From Botryllus schlosseri (taxonomy: Eukaryota): a DNA stretch of 64,000 nucleotides. Positions 1 through 13,501 of the stretch are shown here, piece after piece (positions within the stretch are counted from its first letter, which is position 1; the number at the start of each line of letters is the position of its first letter). The notes beneath the pieces were generated by a model that made no database searches, was not told the origin of the DNA, and was given only the letters and a program-made list of their open reading frames with translations. A program made the position numbers and the translations under genes. The stretch covers positions 38,442,001-38,506,000 of the forward strand of contig CM119372.1 of NCBI GenBank assembly GCA_051294905.1, given 5' to 3'.

Positions 1-2
1 AG

Positions 3-2074
3 TCTGGAAAATCTACTGCCTGTCAAAAAGCAAGCTCTGTCAAATTCAGGGAAGCTTGCTTGAAGTTCAACTTATCTATGCTGGAGAAATTTTCGCTGTC
101 TAGATCTGCCGCCAGGGATATTATGCGTTCCATTGTAAATATATTGGAAGATTATACAGATATCTCTCCAAATGACTTGGGTCAAGTAGTCGATCAGTCA
201 CAGAGCGCATACATGTTTAAAAAATCATTGCTACGTATTGGCTTGATTGAGCCGATTGAAAAGTTTCCGTTACAAGGCGATAATTGCAGCTACCATTACA
301 TTCCGATATTGAGTGTTCTTGAAAATTATATTTCTCACAAAGATGTTATTGAAAGTATGAACAGGAACCTCACTGCAAACTCGAACTGGTTTTTGAATGA
401 TTTCTGTGATGGAACCCTATTCATGAACAATTCCTTTTTCAAATCCGACCGCAGCTTATTGCGTATTCACCTGTACGTTGATGATGTTGAAATATGCAAT
501 CCTATTGGAAGTGCGAAAAATTTGCATAAATTAACGTGTTTCTATTTTTGTCTTGGTAATGTTGAATCGAAATATCTTTCGAACCTCCGGAACATTCATC
601 CTGTACTTATTGCTAAAAGCTCACTTGTGAAGAAGGCAGGCTACGCGAGTATACTTGAACCCCTGTACAATGATTTGAAAATATTAGAATCCAATGGCAT
701 CACTGTGACTCTTTTCAATGGCCAAACTAAAACGTTCAGGGGCGGCTTAGCGACTGTTTCTGCTGATAATTTGGGTAGTCATGACATAGGTGGATTTCGA
801 AGATGCTTCAGTAGTGGTAGGATATGTCGATTTTGTTATTGTGAATATGACGATTTGAGTCATAAATATTCCGAGCACATGTTTGAGATGAGAAATTTAT
901 CCGCTCATGAACGCCATGTGCGAGATGTTTTCAATGATCCAACACTAGAAAGTGTTTATGGTGTTCGGAGGGGTAGCCCATTTGCTGGACTTCAGTCTTT
1001 CGATGTCATAAACGGGTTATGTTGTGATATAATGCATGACATCTGGCTTGGCATGGCGAAATATTTGTTGAACTTTTTAATTGAGAAAGTTGTCATGTGT
1101 ACAATGACAAAATCTGATCTGATTGAGTTGATACATAGCTTCCCCTTTGGCAAATACGAACGGCGTAATCGGCCTAATTATAATGGGTCTGCCTCCTCAC
1201 TGACTGCTTCACAAACATGGTGCTTGTTCAATCATTTCGGTCTAATAGTGGGTGGTTATGTTGAAGACGGCAATGAAATTTGGGAATTATATTTGATGCT
1301 ATGCTGGATTTCGGATATAATTTTTGCGAAACGCGTATCAATGGATATGGTGAGTGAATTGAATGTGTTGGTGCCCGATTTTTACAGTGCAGTCATAGAA
1401 TGCGCTCCAGATATCATAAAGCCAAAGCTACACATGATGTTACACTATGCATCTCTGGTTCGAAGTACGGTCCTCTGTACCATGGGTCAATCTGCTGCTT
1501 TCGCTTTGAATCTTATCATCAAATTGTAAAGAAAATCTGTCGAAGTTCTAAAAATTTCAAAAATATCAGCTTAACAGTCTCTAGTCGTTTGATGCAACGA
1601 AAATGTTGGGAAATGATGGCTACAAACTGCTTGTGTAACTTTCCACTAAATGTTAACATTGAGAAAGTTTTGGTGTCGACGCTACCAAATTTTTATCGCA
1701 CCTTATTGGGCTTTGAAATTTTGCAAAATGACACAATGGAAATTGGTAAATCTAAAATATTTGATGATGGTTTTAACAGGTACGAATGCAGTGCCATATA
1801 TATTGTAAGCGAAAACGACGATGGTCCTATATTTTGTAAAGTCGAATACATTATACTTATTGCCAACCAATGGAAAATATTGGGAAAATTGATTGAATCA
1901 TTATATTTCTCTCGTCATCTGCATTGTTATTCTGTTCACGAAACTGATCGTTACCATGCTTTTTTGCCGAATGAATTGATCTACCAAAGACCTTTTGATG
2001 TTTACTCAATCAATGACACCAAGTACATACGACTTCATCATTGCGTGTGCCTGTCACCTGACAGCGATGTATGA
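3..2074 (+). pseudogene. CACTA/EnSpm-type DNA transposase, 5' end beyond window, single frameshift near 1455-1465
   Basis: The frame is open from the window start. Motifs LYVDDVEICNPIGS, HKLTCFYFCLGN, ADNLGSHDIGGF..CRFC, CDIMHD and KPKLHMMLHY continue in the 1400-2074 frame as KYGPL..FRFESYH..NFKNISLTVSSR, as in animal CACTA transposases. One missing base at gtt cga agt joins the two frames. Confidence 0.85.
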
Positions 2075-2102
2075 ACATTTGTTATTCAATTTGTCTCTTC
2101 AG

Positions 2103-5100
2103 ATGGCGATGAAATTGGTAGTTAAACTACACAGATATTCCAAGGTGATAAAAGTCGACACTGTGTCCGAGATAAGAAGTGCAGTTTATGAAGTCTATCA
2201 AGATAAACTGCGTGGTCGTGAATTCTTGGTCCTGTATCATGACAACTCAGTTGACGATTTTATTGAGCTGGATGCAGAGGCAGAAGACAAACATCAAATA
2301 AAAGTGGAAATTCTAGAACAACACGAGATAATCAAAGGTAAGCCCATAGTGCATTCGCATTGTTTATGCTTCAAATTTACACAGTACCTGCAGGCATAGG
2401 CGCCAACTTTTATTTTTTCACGAGCTGGCGAAGTCTTGTGACGTCATAATTGTTCCATATCGATGACGTCATCGTCGCTCTAAAACGCACTTTACTACAT
2501 GCCGCTGGTTTACGTGCAGTGTTAAACTATTTAAACCATTCGTGTGGCGTTTTAATACCGGCCCAGTGATCATTCATATCAAACCATGCAGTCGAGTTAT
2601 TAAATGGAATCTTAAAACGATACGAGTACGATCGTACGAAAATATAACTGCGCTACTAGTCTGTCCGACGGAATGCACCTAACAGAAATCATAATTTACG
2701 TCACTGAGAATTTGGAGTTGTATCAATGTTATTCACGCGCAATGCGCTGTAATGTGAGTAACTAAATACGCTACGCACTGGCCTGGCAAGTTCGCAATTA
2801 ACACATGACAACTCTCGAACACGAGGTTTCAAGCAGACAATTATGATGATTACAAACGCGAAATCGCGCAGCCAATCAGCAATTGTCTCTTGCGATTTCT
2901 GGCTTCGCGTTGATTACAGGGATATCTAAAACTTTTTAGATATCCCTGGTTGATTAGCTTTCATCGCGGCAATTGTTTGTCGATTAAAACAGCGATTTTG
3001 GCGGCATTGGTACATTTCCGATTTACGTTCGCGAAGCATTTTGGGAGTACATCGGTCAATTCGTAAATTCAATTTGCATGTCGATGGCCGCCAACACATA
3101 CTAATTGAATTACGTGTTGACGGCTGCACAAATTTCCTTCTACGGCCGCTGGTTGGATACCCCTGGGCTAGAACTAATTCCACTTCCGTGCGCACTGCGC
3201 ATGCCGCGATCTTATCAATAGAAATTCACCGGCTACCAAATGCCCAATAGTTTAATATTCGATATTGTTTTTCTCGATACGAGTACATCCAGCAATCAGG
3301 TTGATCGGAATATAGAAGGTTCCCTGTTCAAACGAATCGAATAAAATCAGAATTTGTGCCACCCAGAATCTCGTTATGCATCAATATTTGACAATGGCAT
3401 GGCATCGCCTACTGCACGTTAATAACGAAAGGAACACTGAAAAATGACTTCAAGCCACAATTTCGGAGTACGAATGTATCAAGTAGAAAACAAAAAATAT
3501 GGATGGTTGCAAACGAGAAAGCGTGTATTCTAATCAGTATCGCTACGAATGGGTTTTGAGTTTGACATATTATTGAGTAGCTTTCGTCGCGTCAATTGTT
3601 TTCTCATTATATCGGTGTTTAAGCTGCATTGCTGCATTTCCAGATTAATCTCACTGGCAAAGCCTTCTTAGAGAAACGAATATGCGCAGAAATGAATTCC
3701 AATTTGGAGGCACACACCAACCCACCCTCCAATTTCGCGCTGCGATTACGAAGACTATCGCACGAAGCTAGCTAGCTTAAGAATGGTTTTGTAAACGAAT
3801 GCGGGCTAGGGCTGTTCAAAAATAACCTTTTTTCTTTAATCTTGCTGATTACTTGATTAAATCGTTAGGTTGCCTTAAAAAACGACGCACACCAAATTTG
3901 AATTCATTCCGACCAATATTTGCGGATTTCGTAGAGTTTTAAAATTTTGAATTTGCCTAAAAATGCAAAAATAATTTTTTTTCAAATTTTTCTGCCAACC
4001 CCATGAAATTGTTGCGCTGTGTTCAAAAACGATGCAAAACAAATTTGACTCAATTCGAAGCCGTAGAAGTGGAGTTACTTAAGTTTTTCTTTGATAATTC
4101 TGGGATTATCCGTGATTGGTGGATCATCCCAGAATTATCATCAAAAAACTTGAATAACTCTGCTTCTGCAGCTTGGAATTGAGTTAAATTTGTTTTCCAT
4201 CGTTTTTAAAGACAGCGCAACAATTTCATAAGGTTATGGAAGGACAATTTGAAAAAAAAAATTTTTGCCTTTATAGGCAAATTCAAAATTTTCAAACTCT
4301 ACGAAATCCGCAAATATTGGTCGGAATGAATTCAAATTTGATGTGCGTCGTTTTTTAAGGCAACCTAACGATTTAATCAAGTAATCAGCAAGATTCAGGA
4401 AAAATGGTTATTTTTGAACAGCCCTAATGCGGGCGCACATCATTTAGATTTTAGAAAAGCAGATCGTCTATTTGGGCGAATGGTCGGGAGAGGAGATCTA
4501 GGATGGTGTTCATGTTGACGATTTTACGCGTATGATAAGCTTGCCAAAGAGTCCGGAAGTGCTGTCAATTAGAGAGTCCCTGATCTCTGTCGAACAATTA
4601 AATACGCGGGCGTATTACGCAGCCTCAATGACAGTTTTGGCAAATCAAAATGTTCGAACTTGACGGCACTGATTTCAGGTAGTTCAGACCTGTGTAGTCT
4701 TTTAGAACTCAAGCCATGATACACATCTTCTGATCGTTACGTTCAAGTATTAGCGGGAATCAATTACGCACGTTAAAGTCTCTTTGCAGCGATTCGATGT
4801 TATTCAGTTTTGCGATGTCGCTCTTTAATCAATGTAACATAAAACAATCACCAATTAGCGTAAACTCGACCGCATTGTCTCCAAACCAGCGAGAGATAGA
4901 ATCCAAAGCATGCTAGGTCCGAGACGCGATAGGTAAGCCAGCAATGGTATCTTTCGCACCAGGCCTATCGCAGATGCTCAAGCTCATTGCTCATGTATAA
5001 TGTATATACCAGCGATGATATCGTGTACGCCAGGCCGAAGCCGCCAATACAGATGCGATTGCGCAGGCAAGCGATGGTGAAGTGTGAACAGAACTGGGCC

Positions 5101-8100
5101 TATTGCAGATGCAGGCTTGTTAGAGACGCGATAAATCGGCTAGCGACGATTGCCAAGCGCACGGGAATGAATGACCTAATTTCGCGACCATCTCAGCGGG
5201 AGATCATCACAGAATCTTCTCCCTAATTGACAACATGCTTCTCGTAAATCGACCCGTGAAACAATGATAATACAATTATTGGATTGCAACTGAATATTAG
5301 AGTTAGAATGGTCGTTTCAAAATGACGTGGTTTCGCGTTTCAAAAGGTTTCGGTCCCCGAAAGCCCCCTGGCTTCGCGCCTGGCACATGCGCGTATCGAA
5401 CTCGACGACGTCTCTAACCAGGTCGCGTGATTATTAGTTATTGGTCACAAATCACTTGGACGTTTGGGCATTTTGTACGAGGTGGCCGCCACCTCGTAAA
5501 TATGGTCACGAGGTGGCTGCGCCACCTCGTAACCTCGTAAGTCGGCGCCTATGCCTGCAGGGTAATTTAATCTTCCAATACTGGTAGCTCCAGCTCTAGT
5601 TGGGGAGTTTGAAAATTCAGTAGTTCTAGTTCTTAGCCCTGTTCTATTGAAAAGTCGATTCAATGTCCGATCGGGCCCTACGACATTCGTCATGAGTAAA
5701 CAGCAGTGAAATTGCCGCGAAGCCAGCTGAGCACTCTCATAACGCAGCCACTCATTTGTTTCTGAGCTACGCTATCTTTTCGTCAGACATCATTGTTGCG
5801 TCTCTATGCCATTGAAAAACTTGTGGGTGATTCTGAGGGTTCCAAGACCATGAGCGGAATAAAATTTATATTTTGGCATCAGTACAGCGGCAGCTCGCTA
5901 TTGATACCTGTTTTATCCAATTTATTGCCCGGCAAGGCCAGTCAAACATTACCGTGAATTTGCCTTAAGCCAAATTGAAAGTTGGACGTAGACTAAATAA
6001 TCTATGCCACTTTATTAATTACAGAACACATTCCACAACTTCATGTTGAGACCCCTTTGATAATGCTGCCGCCCCTCGGTGACTATGCTGACAAGAAAAA
6101 AACAGATTCCCATCGCATCAGTTCATCGGATAGTGGTTTGTATAATCAACCAATATTCTCCTTGGGATATTAGCAACACGCATCTTTTAAGATCGTCGAT
6201 GCTCAAGGGAAAGCGCAGATTCTGATTTCGATCGTTTCAGTGCGGCGCAAACGAACAGCGGTTTGTATATTTGGCCAAGATTGTAGGTTCTTATGTTATA
6301 CTACCAACACGCATCTTTTAAGATCGTCGATGCTCAAGGGAAAGCGCAGATTCTGATTTCGATCGTTTCAGTGCGGCGCAAACGAACAGCGGTTTGTATA
6401 TTTGGCCAATATTGTAGGTTCTTATGTTATACTGGCAACACGCATCTTTTAAGATCGTCGATGCTCAAGGGAAAACGCAGATTCTGATTTCGATCGTTTC
6501 AGTGCGGCGCAAACGAACAGCGGTTTGTATATTTGACCAATATTGTAGGTTCTTATGTTATACTAGCAACACACATATTTTAAGATCGTCGATGCTCAAG
6601 GGAAAACGCAGATTCTGATTTCGATCGTTTCAGTGCGGCGCAATCGAACAGCGGTTTGTATATTTGGCCAATATTTTAGGTTCTTATGTTATACTATCAA
6701 CACACATCTTTTAAGATCGTCGATGCTCAAGGGAAAACGCAGATTCTGATTTCGATCGTTTCAGTGCGGCGCAATCGAACAGCGGTTTGTATATTTGGCC
6801 AATATTGTAGGTTCTTATGTTATACTAGCAACACACATCTTTTAAGATCGTCGATGCTCAAGGGAAAACGCAGATTCTGATTTCGATCGTTTCAGTGTGG
6901 CGCAATCGAACAGCGGTTTGTATATTTGGCCAATATTGTAGGTTCTTATGTTATACTATCAACACACATCTTTTAAGATCGTCGATGCTCAAGGGAAAAC
7001 GCAGATTCTGATTTCGATCGTTTCAGTGCGGCGCAATCGAACAGCGGTTTGTATATTTGGCCAATATTGTAGGTTCTTATGTTATACTATCAACACACAT
7101 CTTTTAAGATCGTCGATGCTCAAGGGAAAACGCAGATTCTGATTTCGATCGTTTCAGTGCGGCGCAATCGAACAGCGGTTTGTATATTTGGCCAATATTG
7201 TAGGTTCTTATGTTATACTAGCAACACACATCTTTTAAGATCGTCGATGCTCAAGGGAAAACGCAGATTCTGATTTCGATCGTTTCAGTGCGGCGCAATC
7301 GAACAGCGGTTTGTATATTTGGCCAATATTGTAGGTTCTTATGTTATACTAGCAACACACATCTTTTAAGATCGTCGATGCTCAAGGGAAAGCGCAGATT
7401 CTGATTTCGATCGTTTCAGTGCGGCGCAATCGAACAGCGGTTTGTATATTTGGCCAATATTGTAGGTTCTTATGTTATACTAGCAATACGCATCTTTTAA
7501 GATCGTCGATGCTCAAGGGAAAACGCAGATTCTGATTCCGATCGTTTCAGTGCGGTGCAATCGGATAGCGGTGTTGGCGCCAATCTTTCATCCAGTGACA
7601 TTGGAAACAATAGTTGTGGTGTGTATAGTAATGTATGGGTGTATCTATTTTGTCAATGCCGCCTATGTCAACTACTCGAGTAGTATTATAATTGTAATAT
7701 AGCTCCACAATTTGTCCCAGTAACTGTCGCACACAAAAATACATGCGACTACAGTAGCCTGAGGGGTCGAAAACCCTCCCTTTTTTGTATTGAGTCCTGC
7801 CAATTTAGGAAATCTGTAATCTGTGGATTCCCCGCTTGTCGCTCGGCATTTACGGGATAGCATGGGGGGAATAGCGAAGGGGGCGGTGACGCGTCAAAAC
7901 GGCTGACCTTTTTTTAGTCAACCCGCCGGTGATTACAGTTTGTATGCCCAATTGGTACACAAAATTAGGGGGGCGATGATTGGTGTTGACCTTGAAAAGA
8001 GGGCGATGGGTTGAAAAAGGTTGGGAACCACTGATCCATAGCATAGCTCTCACTTGCTCGATATATATATGCACTATATCGCACTTCAGCGTGTATAGTA

Positions 8101-10200
8101 AAGCTGTTTGATTCTTTTATTAAGATGTAATGAAGCCACCAGCTACCAACACACCGCTCATCAAACCTACCGTAAGTGACGGGGAGGCAAAACTGAAGTG
8201 GCCGACTGAATACACATTTTCGTTACCCAAAAAGCTTGAACATGCTTTGGAATCGTATCAACAGCTGACGGAGTTTCATATTGATAGAAAACTTCGTAGA
8301 GATATTCTCACCTGTCTTTTCAAAGACTTGCGGAGATATGGCAGGTATTGCTCAAAGCATTTTACGAAAAGAATTTTCCTTCTAGCAATATATTACCCAT
8401 TTATTTCAAGCAGGTATCTATCTGCATTCCAATATAACAAAGCTCTTTCAGCCATGGTCAGTAAGTATCCTGTGTTGCAAGACAGGATATTATTCAAGGA
8501 TGGATGCCGTTATGTGAGTTATTGCTGTATGGATGAGATTTTTGTGACTTTATTCTCGAAACGATGCACTTCAGGCATCGTGGAAAAATCCGCTAAAATC
8601 AAAATTTAAAGAATGGCGTCGCGATTCCAAAGAAGCAGATGTTGTGCGAATGAGAATTAAACATGGTGCCAAAAAGAGGAAGGCCTGCGTTGTGGATGAC
8701 GACAAAGCAACTGTCACTAGATGTAAAGTACCACGCGTTGATTTTGAGGTAATTATTAGCGAGATTTTTGACTCAATGCATATTTCTTTAATTGAATTCT
8801 TTGCAGTTTCTTTCGCCTTATTCATTTGAAGACAACGGCACCAACCTTGCTCATAAAAATTTTATGAAAGAGCAATTTACTAAAAAGAATCCTGATGCTA
8901 CAAAAATGATTGATCGAATGAAGCGTACGTTTAAATCCCGAAGAAAAGACCTCAAGTCTGGCATGTTGACAAGACAGGTGCTAGAAGAATATCCGATCTT
9001 TCAGGATGCGCGCTGGGTATAACACATTGCATCATAATCTCAAACGTTCAATTATCTAATATCCATTGGCTGATTTTTTCAGGTCCATGAAGAATTGAAA
9101 TTGATTTGCCACAAGGAGGGATGCGATGATTGTTGCAGAGTTGATCTGAGGAGAAAGATTTTGAACATGTCGAACAGCACCCGTTTCATTTTCGATATCC
9201 GTCCAGAGAAAGTCCCACAAAACATCAAAATCTTGACGAGTACGTCTTTTCTTTCTACTGTCAGACATAATTTGTTGCAATGTAACCTGCGTAATATTTT
9301 TGTACCAGCCGTGAATTGCTATAGTAAGTCACGTGAACGAGTGTGACAATATGTCTTTCTGCAAAGTCCCGTCACGTAGGCCTATACTTAGTAATACATT
9401 TATAACGGCTTTATTCGTATAAGGATAGTAAATTGAACCGCGAGCCAATTTCGAAGTTGCCACGAGGTATATATATATACCTATTCCGCCTTACAGCACT
9501 CGTAAATTAGTGAAGCTGTTCACCTTGAAACATATATTAATGAGTTTGTGGTCAGTGACCTCTTCACTTGATTTTGTACAGAATCTCAAGATTTTGGCTG
9601 GATGGCTGCTTTACCTACCATATTCAATGAAGAATTTCCCAGTTTTTTACTGGTTGATGAGAAGGTATGAATATTCGTCAATGTTACTAATGCGGACAAT
9701 TTCAACAACTAATCTAGTCGAATAGGGTCACACAATGTTTGCCAAATTTGATTCGGAAAAGAACTTGAAGCAGAATTATATTTGAAAAAATTTCAGCAAT
9801 GAGATTATAATTTTATTACCGGAGTCTCTGCCAAATCGGCATTGCTATACACTAAATATAGATATGGTGACTGAAAACTGATCGAGAAAGTGTGTGAGTA
9901 TTGACCTGTTTCTTTTTCGCTTACTAACAGACACCCAAGTCTGGATATCCCGTCATGTGCTTCAATACTGCGAAGGAGGAGTGGAAAGTCTGTTTTGATG
10001 GGGCGCAGGTGATGAACATCCATAGCTTTCATGAGGCATTGGCAGTAATGATGTCAATTCACTGGATCTTTGATATGGAATTTTCCTCCAAAATTAAAAA
10101 TACTCTGACTTTCTTGTCAGTTATTCTGGAATGTTTGCCTGGTGTACTCATTACAGATACTGTGAAAAACAAACTCCGTGAAATGCAGTACCAAATATGA
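2103..10200 (+). CDS. SAMD3-like CACTA accessory protein (about 482 aa), 8 coding exons
   Basis: Manual model with exons 2103-2337, 8125-8344, 8414-8513, 8575-8748, 8807-9016, 9083-9239, 9582-9664, 9931-10200. All introns are GT-AG and phase-compatible; total 1449 nt with no internal stop. Motifs VSKYPVLQD, WKNPLKSKFKEWRR, MKRTFKSRR..EEYPIF, LPTIFNE, HWIFDMEF..KNTLTFL. The exon 6/7 junction is least certain. Confidence 0.75.
2395..5553. mobile_element. Non-autonomous TIR element (hAT-Tip100 or P-like) in intron 1 of the SAMD3-like gene
   Basis: TIR CATAGGCGCCAACTT / AAGTCGGCGCCTATG, perfect 8-bp TSD CCTGCAGG (2387-2394, 5554-5561), subterminal CGAGGTGG..CCACCTCG palindromes. Confidence 0.85.
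3807..4426. mobile_element. Nearly fully palindromic 620-bp MITE (TAGGG termini, hATm-like)
   Basis: TAGGGCTGTTCAAAAATAACC ... GGTTATTTTTGAACAGCCCTA; arms of about 300 bp fold back on a centre near 4115; 8-bp TSD ATGCGGGC. Confidence 0.9.
6170..7572. repeat. 131-bp tandem satellite, about 10.7 copies
   Basis: The CATCTTTTAAGATCGTCG motif recurs at 6181, 6312, 6443 ... 7491 with exact 131-bp period and few substitutions between copies. Confidence 0.97.
7880..8033. mobile_element. Orphan terminus of a hAT-Charlie/Buster MITE
   Basis: Ends AAAAAGGTTGGGAACCACTG, like the 46623 and 62428 ends, with GGGGCG subterminal repeats. No partner end found. Confidence 0.65.
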
Positions 10201-12068
10201 GATCTTTTGGTGCATGCATTTCTCTGGGTTGGGTGTGTTGATTTCATTGAAATCATTTCAAAGACTTGTCTCCACACCTTCACCTTCAATCTTTTCGTTC
10301 CATCTCGTTGTGTACAATCTGTACATCTTTTCGTTCTGTCTCTCCTGGTGTATTGGCATAATTGAATTGTTGCTAATAAATCGAATGTCATGTTAACATG
10401 TGAGGCATTATATAAGGCTGTTCTGCGTATTTCATGAGGATAGGAATAGGATGGGTTGGTATCGGATATCCGGTATCCGGATAGAGGTGTGAAATCACCC
10501 ACCTCAAGTGGAGGTGGGAAAATAACCACCAGGTAAAAAAGGTCGAAAATTTCCCCCCTCTTTTTAAGGTTTTTTTTGAAACACCTTAAAAGGTGGGCCC
10601 AGTTTTTAGAGTGCGGTTATTCATCGCGTTACTTCCCGCAGCCATTTTCCGATTTCGAAAGTTTGACGGTACTTCCCATGGTTTCATTATAATATGTCTG
10701 CCACTCACGTCTTTACCAATAGTTCTGAAATGCTGCATCGGCGTTTCGTCCAGGATCGAAATTTGAATTCGATTAAATATGTTCCGCTGAAGTTTCATTT
10801 CAGTCAGCAGGCAGCTTCATATCGCAGTAGATTGAAATACTTATGATATTGAATGAAATTGGATATACCTGATTCGATTAGAATCATAGCTCGCATATGG
10901 AATCAGCTGCGATTTGAATTTAATCATTGCTTAAATAATAAAGTGGTCGGTGACGAAAGGGTCGAGTTTGTTACCTGGTTCGTTGCTCATGGTGTCGTAC
11001 TGAAAAAACAGTTAGGGATAATTGATTTATATGAATTGGATGTTGTCGATACAATGAAAGACTAATGGTTTGTTTAATGTTTGTGAAACAGGCAAGTCAT
11101 CGACCTATTGTGCGACGGTAAGCCAGTCGCGTTTCAAGCTGGTCAAGATATCGCTCCGAAGGTAGCTGAGGAGGTTTATGAAAAGATTAAAAGTTACGTT
11201 GCTTCATCTACAGCACAACCGGGGTCACAATAGAGTCATAACGAATACTGTGAAGTTGATCATATCAGTGTGCTACGTGGCCTTTCATTTTTCTGATGCA
11301 GCTCTGGGATGTAAGACTTTGAATTTTGATCTTCCTTGTTGTGCACCAATCAGACAAGGAAGGGAATGTTTAATTCCACAGATGTTGAATTATTGTTAAG
11401 TTTATGATCAGTAACGAAGTGCTACTTCTAATTCGCAGTATGTTCATGCTCACGCAGTATGTTGTCTGCCTATACCTGTACTAATTTATAAAAGGGGATG
11501 CTTTAGGCGATATCTCTACTGCTTTTTCGATACTTTGAGATCAAGTACTTTGTACATACCATTTTGCATGAAAGGCAGTATTTGGCTGGAATTGTATCAA
11601 TTTTAGGGGTGACATTGGCAAAAAGCGGTTGATGTATCGTCTTTGTCTCTGGAAACAGACTATAATTTTGAAAATTAGAGTCATTTATGGCGCCAGTCGT
11701 GATTCGTCGTCAAATGCAGAGATGCATCTTGCAATTTTCGAAATTATCGCTTGCGATTGACTAACAAAAGTTTCCCACTCCTTTCCCCTGTGTGAACGTA
11801 TTTCTTAAATGTATTTACTTAGACAAAATCGAAGTGCTTTTGATGTAGTTGTGGCATTGCTTGGTTATTCCCTTCCTCTTCTTGTAATGTTGTAGAAATT
11901 TATGGCATTATCATCAATATACTATAATATGTCTACATATGACATGAGATCACAGTCATGAAGGCGCATTCGCTGGTAGATTTTACGCTGATATCAATAG
12001 ATCATAAACGCTAGCTCACGACTTAAGATGCTCGGAACATAAATATCTACCTACATATACCTAAATAC

Positions 12069-12243
12069 CAGGGCTGTGGAGTCGGAGTCGGTGGAGTCGG
12101 AGTCGAAGTTTGGCTAATTTTCGCTTGATGGAGTCGGAGTCGGGAAAACCATAATGGCTTAATTCGGAGTAGGAGTCGGGGGAAAAATACTGACTGGAGT
12201 CGGAGTTTGTGAAAATGACCCTGACTTTGACTCCGACTCCAAC
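12069..12243. mobile_element. Truncated hAT MITE with GGAGTC repeats
   Basis: Starts CAGGGCTGTGGAGTCGGAGTC, followed by many GGAGTC and inverted GACTCC motifs. The second TIR is absent. Confidence 0.7.
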
Positions 12244-13501
12244 TTCTCAATCATGAAAACAATTGCTTTCGAAAGATTTTCAATAGAATTTTTATGCACC
12301 ACCAATCACTGTTATTAATAATCATACAGATCAGATGCGGCCAACCCGTGTCACGCAGGCCAAATGTGGCCCGTGAGAAGGTTTTCTGTGGTCTGCGAGG
12401 TAATTCTCGAAATTATTTATATATCAGGTAAAATTGCAAGGCCAACCAAATCTTGATTCGCCTGACCGCGAAATATGATGATGACTAACACATCAGCTCT
12501 GATGCATTGGCGTATCTGGGAACCAGCCACATTTATCGCACATCTTCGTATATGACCATAAAGTAGAATATTTCGTATCAGATTTATTTGACTAGAAATT
12601 TTTCTCGGCACTTTGCATGATTTATTGTCACTCGATTTCTTGCATTCAGTATTGTAGCCCCGTTCTGAAATTTATAAATACATGTTATTTACAGAAGTGA
12701 GTCTAACCATATTCGCAATTAGTAGATAACCTGTCGTCCAACATGCGGTTTAGCTTGTGCAATCGCAGCGAGATCGTCGACGACGAAATATTTGCACAAA
12801 ATGATAGAGGGATATCCACCGAAATTGTCGATATTGCTATGTCTAACGTTGAATAATTCTGTCCTTGCCAAATGAGCCCAGTGGTATACATATAGATGCG
12901 ACCCACAATATATGTTAGTAACAAATTTAATAATAGAATTCAGTCATTACTTTGGAAAAAATTTCGCGCTTCCCTGTTCTACCAGGGCATGTCTACACAT
13001 TGCACAGTTTCATGACATAATTGTTATCAATTTTAGAGCGTAGTTATATAAGTCTTGTTTGCAATGTTACCTAATTCGGTTAACTCCTATGGATGGCTAA
13101 GAAAAGGTTATTAACATTCCAGATGCCCGCGCAATGATTCGTAAATCTCATGTGACTCTTCGGCCGAAAAATCGGCCATCCCTGATATCGATAAAATAAT
13201 ACATTACTTGCAAATTACAATTCAGTTGCATAGAGGAAGAAAATCGCAATATGCACTTTCGCGATGCAGTCAAAATTGATGCATCTTTTGGATTTATACC
13301 ATGATACTGTGGCAGAGCGCATGCATCGGCTGGTTTTGTAAAATTATAAAATTGATGTAAATGTAACCAAACGATGCTTCCCACTTGACAAAATTGAAAA
13401 TATTTGTAGTGTAGCTTATAGCAGTTTGGGTCGAACAAATGATTAAGAACGACTGCAAGTCTTAGTCCTTGAATACTTGACTAAATACATGTAGACTAGA
13501 C

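Noticed and set aside
2069..2102. In-frame intron fusing the transposase to the SAMD3-like protein
   Set aside because: GT..AG is in phase but only 34 nt long, much shorter than the 58-69 nt small introns of the same gene.
6170..7572. CRISPR array, or a family of 64-aa genes
   Set aside because: Units are contiguous near-identical 131-mers with no unique spacers; the ORFs are by-products of the repeat.
10853..11399. Coding remnant downstream of the SAMD3-like gene
   Set aside because: Looks partly coding but has stops and no motif I can identify. The right TIR of the first CACTA element was also not found here.
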